Positions 55,312 to 64,000 of a DNA stretch of 64,000 nt are shown here, piece by piece. Source of the DNA: an archaeon (GTDB taxonomy: Archaea; Nanobdellota; Nanobdellia; Pacearchaeales; GW2011-AR1); assembly GCA_043810775.1 (NCBI GenBank), contig JBDRNU010000003.1, positions 1-64,000 on the forward strand, given 5' to 3'. Each line of letters opens with the position of its first letter. The first letter of the stretch is position 1. The translations under genes were made by a program, and so were the position numbers. The notes below the pieces were generated by a model, which saw nothing but the letters and a program-made list of their open reading frames with translations, was not told where the DNA came from and made no database searches.

Positions 55312-55974
55312 TTAATTCTGGTCTTTGTAAACTGACTCCACTTCTTGCTTAATCACTTGCTTAATCCCTTCTTTTGTTATAGTATAAACGTCTACTCCAA
55401 ATCCTGAACCAACATCTCTTTGAGATGAAGCTTTAATTGCATCAATAGCCAGATTAACAGCTTGTTTTACAGTAAGATCCTTAGAGTACTGCCTTTCTAG
55501 CAATCCTAAAATAAAAGGCATTCCAGATGAGAAGTTAGCATCATAGTCTTCAACTTTTTTTACACTTCCTGCAGGTTCTATTGTATAAAGCTCAAAAGAA
55601 CCATCTTCATTATATCCTGCAACTAAACTGCCGACTATACTAGGAATTGTTGTAAATTGGCGTATATTTCTAAAAGAGAGCATCCCTATTAAATTGGCTC
55701 CTTCTTTTACTGTTGGCCTTTGCTTTGTTTTTAGTTCCTTTAACTTTAGCTCAGCTCTGACCACTTTCCTAAGCAATTCTATATCTGCAGAGATGCCAGT
55801 ACATGCTATTAATAGATAGTCATTAATATAAGCTACTTTTGGCTCATCTTTTCTTAAAACTAGTGTTCCAGCAGTGGCTTTTCTGTCACCTGCTAAAACT
55901 ATTCCATCCTTACACACTATTCCTACAATACTTGTACTTGATTTCAAGATATTATTTTTTAGTTCTTGATCCAT
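55312..55974 (-). CDS. psmB: Proteasome beta subunit
   Basis: T.IVGIVCKDGIVLAGDRKAT, K33, QRDVGSG. Confidence 0.92.
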   Translation of the reverse strand: MDQELKNNILKSSTSIVGIVCKDGIVLAGDRKATAGTLVLRKDEPKVAYINDYLLIACTGISADIELLRKVVRAELKLKELKTKQRPTVKEGANLIGMLSFRNIRQFTTIPSIVGSLVAGYNEDGSFELYTIEPAGSVKKVEDYDANFSSGMPFILGLLERQYSKDLTVKQAVNLAIDAIKASSQRDVGSGFGVDVYTITKEGIKQVIKQEVESVYKDQN

Positions 55975-56043
55975 TTTAAGAATTTGAATCGCTTTAGAAT
56001 TGCTAAATTACTTAACAAATTGTTGTTTATAAAGATTTCGCTT

Positions 56044-56607
56044 TTAGACAGACTCAAATCTCTCGCTCACAACTTCCCAGTTAATTACTTTAAAGAAATT
56101 TTCAATGTAATCTGTTTTTTTTAAGCCATAATCTGTGATAAATGAGTGCTCAAAAACATCCATAACTAATAAAGGGACAGCTGTTGCTAAATGACCAGTG
56201 TTATGCTCATTAATCCAGGTATTAAAAAGCCTCTTAGTTTCTTTGTCATAAGTTAGTATTGCCCATCCTATTCCCCTCATTGCCCCAATTGATTTAAATT
56301 GTTTTTCAAAGTTTTCAAAACTTCCAAAATCCTGTGAAATCTTTGAATAGATAGGTGTTGTTTTGTCAATTTCCTTAGATTGGGAAGACATATTTCCAAA
56401 ATATAGCTCGTGAAGCCTCATTCCATTAAACTCCCATCCAAATCTCCTAGTTAGCTCTGCAAATTCTATGCTTCCTTTGTCTTTTAGTGTTTCCAGAAGT
56501 TTCAGTGTATTTGTAACATATCCATTATACAGTGAAAAGTGATTTCTAAGAAGGATATCAGAAAATCCCCTTGTTCCAATCAAATTCTCAAAATTTTTAG
56601 GCTCCAT
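56044..56607 (-). CDS. sod: Fe/Mn superoxide dismutase family protein
   Basis: NHFSLYNGYV, NGMRLHELYF, GIGWA, MDVFEHS. Confidence 0.88.
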   Translation of the reverse strand: MEPKNFENLIGTRGFSDILLRNHFSLYNGYVTNTLKLLETLKDKGSIEFAELTRRFGWEFNGMRLHELYFGNMSSQSKEIDKTTPIYSKISQDFGSFENFEKQFKSIGAMRGIGWAILTYDKETKRLFNTWINEHNTGHLATAVPLLVMDVFEHSFITDYGLKKTDYIENFFKVINWEVVSERFESV

Positions 56608-56613
56608 TTTAAT

Positions 56614-56751
56614 TTATCCTAATTTTTGTATTTTCTCTTCAATAAGTTCCATATCTTCGCCGCAACAGACTAGAGTTCCTGCGCCTTCATGAATAACTTT
56701 CACTATGTTTCCACAGATATTGCATTTGTAAACTTGTTCTTTTTTAGTCAT
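56614..56751 (-). CDS. Desulforedoxin (stand-alone desulfoferrodoxin FeS4 domain), 45 aa
   Basis: Not in ORF track: [45 protein letters not shown]. Confidence 0.9.
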   Translation of the reverse strand: MTKKEQVYKCNICGNIVKVIHEGAGTLVCCGEDMELIEEKIQKLG

Positions 56752-56761
56752 TTTTCAAATA

Positions 56762-57328
56762 TTAGTATTGTTCGCACTTTACTTGGTAAAAGCTGGTTTC
56801 ATGGTCGCAAGAAGGGCATTTTACAGGAGGTTGCTTGCCTTTATGCACATAGCCACACTCTCGGCATACCCACTCAATTTCTTTGTCTTTTTTGAATATT
56901 GTGCCTTTTTCAAGCTGTTCAAGTATCTTCTTATAGCGCTCTTCGTGATGTTTCTCTGAAATAGCAATTGCCCTTAAACGAGCTGCGATTTTAGGCAGAT
57001 TTTCCTTTTCTGCAGTGTCTGCAAATGAGGGATACATTTTAGTGTATTCATGGTTTTCGCCAGAAATTGCTGCTTTAAGATTTTCTATTGTTTTTCCAAT
57101 GACTAGAGGAGATGCTGCATCAACACTTATATCATTGCTATCTTTAAGCTCTTGTATATGTTCAAATATCTTTTTTGCATGCTCTTTTTCATTATCTGCT
57201 GTTATCTGAAAAATCTCTGCAATTTGCTCATATCCTTCTTTTCTTGCAATTGAGGCATAAAAAGTATATCTATTGCGTGCTTGAGACTCGCCTATAAATG
57301 ATCTCACCAGATTTTTTAGTGTTTCCAT
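56762..57328 (-). CDS. rbr: Rubrerythrin
   Basis: [33 protein letters not shown]...CPSC. Confidence 0.95.
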   Translation of the reverse strand: METLKNLVRSFIGESQARNRYTFYASIARKEGYEQIAEIFQITADNEKEHAKKIFEHIQELKDSNDISVDAASPLVIGKTIENLKAAISGENHEYTKMYPSFADTAEKENLPKIAARLRAIAISEKHHEERYKKILEQLEKGTIFKKDKEIEWVCRECGYVHKGKQPPVKCPSCDHETSFYQVKCEQY

Positions 57329-57390
57329 TTTTTTATTAGATTAGCTTAGTTTATATAAATTATTATGATTCAGGACAGCTGATAATATCT

Positions 57391-57582
57391 CTATTTTTCC
57401 TTTTTCTCAGCTATAATTAATAATAATCCTCCAACTAGGAAGCATGCTGCTATAATGCCATTTATACTAGAAGTTGAATTTTCCAGTATAACATAGCCTG
57501 TGAAGCCTGAAAATGAGTTTAGAGCAAAAATAATACTTATTATTATAGAAGCTAAACCCAACCATATACCTGTTTTAGCCAT
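57391..57582 (-). CDS. Small 2-TM protein with FTGYVI loop
   Basis: 63 aa; hydrophobic-FSGFTGYVIL-hydrophobic-EKKEK. Confidence 0.65.
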   Translation of the reverse strand: MAKTGIWLGLASIIISIIFALNSFSGFTGYVILENSTSSINGIIAACFLVGGLLLIIAEKKEK

Positions 57583-57673
57583 AGTTAAAGAAGGTTTTAG
57601 CAGTTAATAAAGTTTATGCTAAAATAGTTGCAAGGGAGTATAGAAATACTTAAAAATAGGGTTTTTATAGAGT

Positions 57674-57982
57674 ATGCAAGGGAAAATGAGCTTAAGAAAT
57701 ATATTGATTGGAGGAGCATTAATTTTTAGTTGCGTAGCTTGTGGTCCAGCGGCAACAGTTGAAATGAAAAAAGAAACAAACCCAGAATATGACAAGAGTG
57801 AGAGATATGATGTGCAAAGGGTGGGGGTTTTTCAAGATGATTTGGCTTATCACAATAAAAGAGGAATTTATGAGATAAGAGACAGAAAAACAGGAAATGG
57901 GTATTTTGGCATAAGTGGAATTGGAATAACTGAAGTTGGAAGCCATTCAGATGGAAACTCCTCTGTAGAAGATGAGAGATAG
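57674..57982 (+). CDS. Small lipoprotein-like protein
   Basis: Signal ending CVAC; GVFQDDLAY..KRGIY.I.D.KTG..Y.G.SGIG. Confidence 0.65.
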   Translation: MQGKMSLRNILIGGALIFSCVACGPAATVEMKKETNPEYDKSERYDVQRVGVFQDDLAYHNKRGIYEIRDRKTGNGYFGISGIGITEVGSHSDGNSSVEDER

Positions 57983-58078
57983 TTTAATTCTTAATTTTAA
58001 TAATTAGTTAAAGTTTATGTTAAGATGATTATTTTCTACACTATAAATATTTATAATACTAGACTAGCTTGAAAAATA

Positions 58079-58744
58079 ATGGCAGATAGTGAAGAAGAGA
58101 TTGAAATTATTAGCCCCTCACCAATCGGGAGGCAGTTTGAGCCTTATTTTCCAGAGTTATTTGAACAAGCACTCAGAAGTGTTCCTGCTATTCCTTATTC
58201 TTTTGTAATAAAAATGGCTGCTTATGGAATTGAGCCAGCTCACTTGTTTGATAAAAAAGAAAAGAGACTTGCAGATATAGCTAGGTACTGTGAAGAGTGC
58301 AGAGAAAATGAGGTTATGAAAAATTCTATTCAAAGATTAGTTTATGAAGACTGGTCAGGCAATATTAGAACTCCTAGAACTGGAACAGGAAGTATTGTAG
58401 ATATAGGGGATATTATGAGTGAAGATGAAAGAAAAGCAACTTTAGAAGAACTTGCAAGAACAAGAAAAATACATGTGTTTGAAATTAGTTCTGAAAATCA
58501 AGGGGATAATTCGTATATTAATTTTAGAAATAGCATCTGGCCCCAACTAGATGTAGAAGATTATGAACTATATGAAGGTGATTTACATATAGGCAGTGAG
58601 AAAAAAGCAGGTCATTTAAGCTTTAGAGCTGGAAGAGGATTAAGTTTACGATTAGATTGGAATATAGATCCAGTTTTGGGAGAAAAACTTATTTACTGGT
58701 TTAATGATTTAGCTGATAGCACAAGACAACCAAAATTATTTTAA
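58079..58744 (+). CDS. Hypothetical protein
   Basis: 221-aa ORF with TTTATAA upstream. Confidence 0.65.
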   Translation: MADSEEEIEIISPSPIGRQFEPYFPELFEQALRSVPAIPYSFVIKMAAYGIEPAHLFDKKEKRLADIARYCEECRENEVMKNSIQRLVYEDWSGNIRTPRTGTGSIVDIGDIMSEDERKATLEELARTRKIHVFEISSENQGDNSYINFRNSIWPQLDVEDYELYEGDLHIGSEKKAGHLSFRAGRGLSLRLDWNIDPVLGEKLIYWFNDLADSTRQPKLF

Positions 58745-60789
58745 ACTTCAACTTTAGTAATCCCTTCATCTTTTCTGAATTTAATAATATTTTCAACAAA
58801 ACCCTCTATTTTTTGCTCGTGGCTTACTAAAATTAGCTGTTTGGCCTTTAGTTCATCAAGAACATCACGTATCTTATCAAGCTGCTGTTCTGAAAATCCA
58901 TCTGTAGGCTCGTCTAAAATAACTAGGTCTTTAGTCTTTATTTTGCTTAGCATTGAATTTATAACCTGATTTAGTGAGAGTCTGTAAGCAAGAGCTATAG
59001 CTGTCCTTTCGCCACCAGATAGGAAGGAATAATCAAGCTGATAGTCCTGCTGTTCAACTATTGGAGTGAAGTCATCATCAAGCCTGACTGTAAAATTATC
59101 AGAAACCAGCATTGAAAACCACTGGCTAAAAAGCCTAGAAAACTCTTCTCTTAGAGTAATTAAGACATTTTTTTCAGTGAAGCTAATTAAAAATAAAAAT
59201 TTGTCAGAAAGCCATTGTTCAAGTTCAATTAGATATAGGAGTTTCTTCTTAGTTTCTTCTTTTTCTTTTATATTTTCCTCAATTTCAGATAGTGTATTTT
59301 TTAAAAGGTCAACTTCTTTTTTAATTTCAGCTAGCTTAACATGTGATTCTCTTTCAACTCTCAAAGCATTACCAAGCTCTTTTTCTTTTTCTATATAGAT
59401 ATTCTCAAATTTTTGAAGACTTGTAATAGAGTTTTTCAGCAAATCTATATGCTTTATCAACATATCAGTATCTTTTTCTATTAAAGATAGGTCCTTCTGT
59501 ATTTTAGAAAGTCTGTCTTCTTTTTCCTTTAGTCTCTCAAATTTAACTTTTAGCAACTTGTAATCATTAATACTTTTTTCTAATAAAACTAGTTTTTGCT
59601 TAGTATTCTCAATTTGTTCTAGAGCTGCTGTTTTCTTCACCTGTAATTCATTAATTTCATTTTTGCTTTGACTTATCTCAGATTCAAACTTATTTTTAAT
59701 ATTTGCCCTGTATACTGCAGCAACATCCTGAAGGCAGGTTGGACAACGGTCTAGCTTAGTAATTTGGTCTTTGGTAATTGTTTTTTCAGCTATGCTTGAG
59801 TTTATAGCATTTATTTTACTTTGAACTTCAAGATATTCTTTATTTTTGTCTTCCTTAAGCTTAGATAGATTTTCTTTTTCTATTTCACCTTCTTTAACTT
59901 TATTTTCATCAAATTCAGTTTTCTTTATTTCTGAAATTTCTAAAATAATACTTTCTTTTTCTTTTTCTAAATTAAACTTAACTTCTCTCTTACCAGTTAT
60001 GTGGATTTTAGTTTTTTCAATCTCCTGCTCAAATTTGTTTTTTTGTTTTATTTTCTCATCAATTTGCTCCATTTCTGCTTCGATTTTCTTAATCTGGGTA
60101 TGAGCTAAGTCAACTTCTCTTTGGGCGTAAGGGATATTTGCCTCAAGCTTAACAGTCTGCTCCTTTTTTTCAATTAAATTGACCTTTAAATTTTCAAGAT
60201 CAGAAATAATTCCTTCTTTATTCCTTATATTCTCCCTTAACTTAGAAGTCAGTATTGATGTATTTTCCTTTATTCTTTTGTATTTATCTATTCCAAATAT
60301 ATGCCTAAGAGTATTTAATCTAGATTCAGCATCTTCAAGAATTATTTGCTTCATTTCTTCTTGCGGTGTGTACACTGTAAATTTATATAAGAGATTTGTT
60401 TTTTTTGCGAATTCTTGAGGATAATTTAAAATATTGAGGACTTTATTTTTAATTTCAGTTACTGATGATTCTTCTTTTTCACCATTTATAGTTATTGCAG
60501 CGTAGGACTGGCTTACTGACTTTCCTCGCTTAAGATGTCTTTCTATTTCAATTTTTCTTCCATCAACTTCAATCTCTAAAAAAACCTGGCCTTCATCTGA
60601 GCCATTTCTCAACAGTGAAGCCCCTTTTTGACCTGGCTGAAGACCAAAAAGAGCAAATTCAATTGCAAGAAGAACTGAGGTCTTACCACTGCCTATGTCT
60701 CCTGATAATAGGGAAGACCCTTCTGGGAAATTAACTTCAGCGGTAATGTAGCTTCTTATATTATTTAAGATTACTTTTTTTATTATCAT
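58741..60789 (-). CDS. rad50: Rad50/SbcC-like SMC ATPase with short coiled coil
   Basis: GDIGSGKTS, Q-loop YTPQ, zinc hook CPTC, LSGGE, ILDEPT, VSH. Confidence 0.92.
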   Translation of the reverse strand: MIIKKVILNNIRSYITAEVNFPEGSSLLSGDIGSGKTSVLLAIEFALFGLQPGQKGASLLRNGSDEGQVFLEIEVDGRKIEIERHLKRGKSVSQSYAAITINGEKEESSVTEIKNKVLNILNYPQEFAKKTNLLYKFTVYTPQEEMKQIILEDAESRLNTLRHIFGIDKYKRIKENTSILTSKLRENIRNKEGIISDLENLKVNLIEKKEQTVKLEANIPYAQREVDLAHTQIKKIEAEMEQIDEKIKQKNKFEQEIEKTKIHITGKREVKFNLEKEKESIILEISEIKKTEFDENKVKEGEIEKENLSKLKEDKNKEYLEVQSKINAINSSIAEKTITKDQITKLDRCPTCLQDVAAVYRANIKNKFESEISQSKNEINELQVKKTAALEQIENTKQKLVLLEKSINDYKLLKVKFERLKEKEDRLSKIQKDLSLIEKDTDMLIKHIDLLKNSITSLQKFENIYIEKEKELGNALRVERESHVKLAEIKKEVDLLKNTLSEIEENIKEKEETKKKLLYLIELEQWLSDKFLFLISFTEKNVLITLREEFSRLFSQWFSMLVSDNFTVRLDDDFTPIVEQQDYQLDYSFLSGGERTAIALAYRLSLNQVINSMLSKIKTKDLVILDEPTDGFSEQQLDKIRDVLDELKAKQLILVSHEQKIEGFVENIIKFRKDEGITKVEV

Positions 60790-60793
60790 TGCC

Positions 60794-60886
60794 TGACAAC
60801 CTAACGGTTTTGTCAGAAATCTTTAGATTTCTGAGCACTCTCAAAATCTCTCCTAAAGATTTTGAAGTCTTGGCTAACTTTCCCTT
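60794..60886. repeat. Cluster of three REP-like palindromes between mre11 and rad50
   Basis: TGACAACC-TAAC-GGTTTTGTCA, TCAGAAATC-TTTA-GATTTCTGA, TCAAAATCT-CTCCTAA-AGATTTTGA; AAGGGAAA on minus strand upstream. Confidence 0.85.
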
Positions 60887-60913
60887 GATATAGCCTAAAT
60901 TTAATTTTTATTA

Positions 60914-62071
60914 TCATTGTATGTTAAGAATTCTATTTACTTCTGACATTAATCTATCATTAAAAATAATTGATTTTTCATCTTCTTGCTTTTCAAGGCT
61001 TAGTGAATTAATTAAAGAATCTATTAGAGAGTTAAATTGAGACGGGTTTTCTTCAGAATACTTTTTAAAGATAGTTTTTTCAAGTTCATCGACGTCATTT
61101 GTTTCAACTTCTATTTTGGTTTCTTTTGTCAATAAACCTGAGGTGCTTTTTAACAGAACATAGGCTCCTTTAGACTTTGCATAGTTTTCTATTTCTATGA
61201 AGTTTATATTACTTGTCTTGCCTTTTTTTATTTCTCCAGAAAGTCTTAGTAAAATTATTTTATCTCTTATATTTCTTTTATTTATTTCTGAGATTATATA
61301 CTCTGTAGCAATAAGAGTGTTATCAATCTGAAGTTCAATTAATTCAACTTCTTTAAGCTTTAAATCAACCTTCCAACAATTAAAAGGATTCGTCTCCACA
61401 ATATAAAATCCCCCATATTTTAATTCCTCAATTTCCTGAAAATTGTTTGGAAAAATTGGGGATGAGTAAACAATATTCTTGTTTCGATAGTTTATATGCA
61501 AGTGACCTAGTGCATAGTAATCTGCCTTAGGCAGCTTTGTTTCATCAACATATTCTATAGGAAGTCTACCTACAGCATCTTTTATTGAGGTATGAAGCAT
61601 TAAAATTTTAAAAAAACCAGGTGATTCATTTAATTTTATTTTCTTTAATTCCTGAACTTCCAAGCCTGATTTTTTTCCAGGATAGCCATAAATCGCCGCC
61701 TTGTTGTGTATTACAGGATTAAGAATTATTGAATCTTCTTTTTCTTCAGCTAAGTGGACATTTTTACAAAATCCTGCTTTTTCAAGAACATCAAGAAAGG
61801 TTTTTCCTGAAACTGAATAGTCATGACTGCCTGCAATAATAAAACAAGATATCTTGCTTTCTTTTAGTTTTTTTAGAGTGGAAAATGCTTCCTTGAGTAT
61901 ATCAATAGGGGGGTAGGCTGAATCAAATAAATCACCAGCTATTAAAACAAAGTCTACACCTTCTTTTATACATAAATCAATTGCCCTCTTGAAACTCTGT
62001 AAATTAAGCTCCTGAAGAGCCGGATAACGCCAAGAACCAAGATGGCAGTCTCCTAAATGAGCAAATTTCAT
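60914..62071 (-). CDS. mre11: Mre11 nuclease
   Basis: DCHLG, AGDLFD, GSHD, LH, ALGHLH. Confidence 0.93.
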   Translation of the reverse strand: MKFAHLGDCHLGSWRYPALQELNLQSFKRAIDLCIKEGVDFVLIAGDLFDSAYPPIDILKEAFSTLKKLKESKISCFIIAGSHDYSVSGKTFLDVLEKAGFCKNVHLAEEKEDSIILNPVIHNKAAIYGYPGKKSGLEVQELKKIKLNESPGFFKILMLHTSIKDAVGRLPIEYVDETKLPKADYYALGHLHINYRNKNIVYSSPIFPNNFQEIEELKYGGFYIVETNPFNCWKVDLKLKEVELIELQIDNTLIATEYIISEINKRNIRDKIILLRLSGEIKKGKTSNINFIEIENYAKSKGAYVLLKSTSGLLTKETKIEVETNDVDELEKTIFKKYSEENPSQFNSLIDSLINSLSLEKQEDEKSIIFNDRLMSEVNRILNIQ

Positions 62072-62178
62072 TTTTCCCTTAATTTAGACAATGAAAAATA
62101 AGAAGTATATAAATTTAGTTATAGTCAAGAAAACCATTTCCAGCATAAAGTTTATAAGTTTTAAAGATATAGATATAT

Positions 62179-62790
62179 ATGGCTAATGAGTCTTTGATAG
62201 CTAACTCAGAAATTAGTAGTAGTCTTAATTTAATGGAGTTTATATCAAAGGAATTTATTACTAATTTAATTATAGCTGTTATTTTGCTTATTTTAGGATT
62301 TATTATTGGAAAGATAGTCAAACTTATATTAAAGAAGTTTTTGGAAAGAAGTGGAATTAAGAAAGATTCAAAACACAATTTCTATTACTTATTTCTCACA
62401 ATTATAGAGTGGAGCATATATGTGCTCTTTATTAATTTCGCACTAATTCAGCTGGATATTTCTGCTTTAACTGAGTGGCTTACATCAATATTATTTGTTA
62501 TTCCTGCTATAACTGGGGCACTATTATTGATTTCAGTAGGATTTGCAATTGCTACTTATCTTAAAGACCTGATTGAAGACAGCAAAATTGAGGGATGGGA
62601 AGGCCTTTCAAAGATATTTTATTATTTTGTCCTCTATGTATTTATGGTGTTTGCATTTAAAACAGCCTTAATCTCAATAAATAGAGATATAGTCAATATA
62701 TTATTGATTGCTCTAACAATAATTGTTTCTGTGGGAATAGTTATTTCTCACTTTGTAAAAAACTCACATACTAAATTCCGCAGTAGTTGA
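62179..62790 (+). CDS. Membrane protein resembling MscS N-terminal TM helices
   Basis: NLIIAVILLILGFIIGKIV..; IPAI..A; several TM; no clear channel domain. Confidence 0.6.
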   Translation: MANESLIANSEISSSLNLMEFISKEFITNLIIAVILLILGFIIGKIVKLILKKFLERSGIKKDSKHNFYYLFLTIIEWSIYVLFINFALIQLDISALTEWLTSILFVIPAITGALLLISVGFAIATYLKDLIEDSKIEGWEGLSKIFYYFVLYVFMVFAFKTALISINRDIVNILLIALTIIVSVGIVISHFVKNSHTKFRSS

Positions 62791-62840
62791 GTTTTTTATC
62801 ACCTCGAAAATAGGGATTTTATATACTAATTTTCTTAGTT

Positions 62841-63386
62841 TTAAGAAGAAGTGAGAAGCCAAACACAAAGTTCTTCAAAAAAAAGCTTTTTCTTAGCTAA
62901 GAGCTTTTTTTTGTAATCTTGCCAGTTTATCTTACCTGAATAACTAGAAGTAAGCAAGAGAATTTTTCCTTTACTAGCTAGATGATCGCGAGCTTGATTA
63001 AGAAACTTGTTGATTGTCTCGCTTCCAAGCTTACCACCTGTTGTATCTTTTTTATTATCATATTTATCTGCAGGGAGATAAGGAGGGTTAAAAATAATTA
63101 AATCAAACTTTTCTTTTATATTTTCAAAGAGATTTGACTTAATTATCTTGGATTTTTTGAAATTAGATTTTAAATAATTTAATGATTCACTATCAATATC
63201 AGATAAGGTTATATTTTCCGGAGATATTCTTGATTTAATGCAGATTTTGGCTTGGACTCCGCTTCCTGAACCAGTATCCAGTATTTTAATATCTTTATTT
63301 TTTAATTTAGTTAAATATTTAGTTAAAATTTCTGATAGAAAATAAGAGTCTTCATCTGGAGAATACATTTTATATCTGGATATCAA
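62841..63386 (-). CDS. HemK/PrmC (Mtq2-like) methyltransferase
   Basis: Y.P.EDS, LDTGSGSG, FNPPY, GG..G; likely start is the Met at 63368. Confidence 0.9.
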   Translation of the reverse strand: MISRYKMYSPDEDSYFLSEILTKYLTKLKNKDIKILDTGSGSGVQAKICIKSRISPENITLSDIDSESLNYLKSNFKKSKIIKSNLFENIKEKFDLIIFNPPYLPADKYDNKKDTTGGKLGSETINKFLNQARDHLASKGKILLLTSSYSGKINWQDYKKKLLAKKKLFFEELCVWLLTSS

Positions 63387-63888
63387 TTCCTAAGGATTGC
63401 AAAATACTTGATATTTTTTCTGGCCAAAAAACAGTAGTTAATAAAGTCAGTAGTAATAAAGTTAAGATTATTGCTAAAGTAATTATAATTATTAAGCCTT
63501 TTTTGCCTTTTTTCTCTTTAGGCATAAAGGGTTGCTTCATCAATAACTGAGGTTGAAATTGCTGGTCAAATGGTGCTTGAGGAGCTTGCTGTGGAGGCTG
63601 CCTATTAATTGGCTGGCGAGCTTGCTGAAAATTAGGATTGGGCTGGCGTGGCTGTTGAGGGAGTTGTCTTGGAATAGATTGAGGGGGAGGAGATGATGGA
63701 GAAGATTGCTGAGGGGAAGGCTGAGATTGAATTCCCGGATAAGAAGAATATCCCAGGGCAGAAGCTGCTTCTTCTACTTCTTGTCTAGCATAACCTGAAT
63801 TAATAAAGGATTGTTTAGCTAAATCCAAAGAATAACCTCTTTCTATTGCATTTTTTAATCCTTCAACTATTTCTGGATGATAAACCAT
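63370..63888 (-). CDS. Membrane protein with N-terminal helical domain and Pro/Gln-rich linker
   Basis: LKNAIERGYSL..AKQSFINSGY...EVEEA; PQ-rich; KK then TM. Confidence 0.75.
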   Translation of the reverse strand: MVYHPEIVEGLKNAIERGYSLDLAKQSFINSGYARQEVEEAASALGYSSYPGIQSQPSPQQSSPSSPPPQSIPRQLPQQPRQPNPNFQQARQPINRQPPQQAPQAPFDQQFQPQLLMKQPFMPKEKKGKKGLIIIITLAIILTLLLLTLLTTVFWPEKISSILQSLGIDIQI

Positions 63889-63912
63889 TTTACTAAGATA
63901 GAATATTCTTAT

Positions 63913-64000
63913 TTATTTTAAATCTATGTATTGCAAATCTTCCATTATATGGCAGTCTTTTTTTAGCTTATAACCTAACTCAGATGCTAGCTCTGCCATT
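63913..64000 (-). CDS. 3' end of a gene, possibly an RNase J-like MBL hydrolase
   Basis: ...MAELASELGYKLKKDCHIMEDLQYIDLK*; resemblance to archaeal RNase J C-termini is from memory only. Confidence 0.45.
   Translation of the reverse strand, partial: MAELASELGYKLKKDCHIMEDLQYIDLK

Noticed and set aside
1255-60418. Many short antisense or alternate-frame ORFs in the track (e.g. 1255, 1995, 10412, 14095-16871, 29995, 34399, 45417, 59066-60418)
   Set aside because: Shadows of well-supported genes on the opposite strand or frame, with no motifs

Overview
AT-rich, gene-dense archaeal chromosomal DNA using the standard genetic code. Gene content and style (short proteins, TATA boxes about 25-30 nt upstream of ATG, many K[KR]G class-III signal peptides) suggest a DPANN archaeon, probably Pacearchaeota/Woesearchaeota-like; this is an inference. 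From left to right: a glycosyltransferase/DUF2206 operon (1-4.7 kb); an 18-kb surface-protein island with two giant acidic Cys-rich secreted proteins, three small anchored proteins sharing a GAV(V/L)GLGGRIGN-TM-basic tail, a Hanks-type kinase, VanZ and an S8 protease; a reduced SRP RNA (23915-24175); a type IV pilus locus (7 pilin-like genes, ATPase, 2 TadC-like); archease/rtcB; more adhesins; oapABC-like genes; cca, TrmB, presenilin-like protease, radical SAM, AcsE-like, NUDIX and aspartokinase; fttA-psmB; rbr-desulforedoxin-sod; rad50-mre11; HemK-like MTase. Four genes absent from the ORF track were read by hand. The most notable signals are (1) short structured non-coding elements with compensatory base changes that sit at translation starts and are flanked by duplications of the start region, and (2) a repeated giant-passenger plus small-anchor cassette with a shared, undescribed C-terminal sorting-like motif. 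All calls are from motif reading without database searches.
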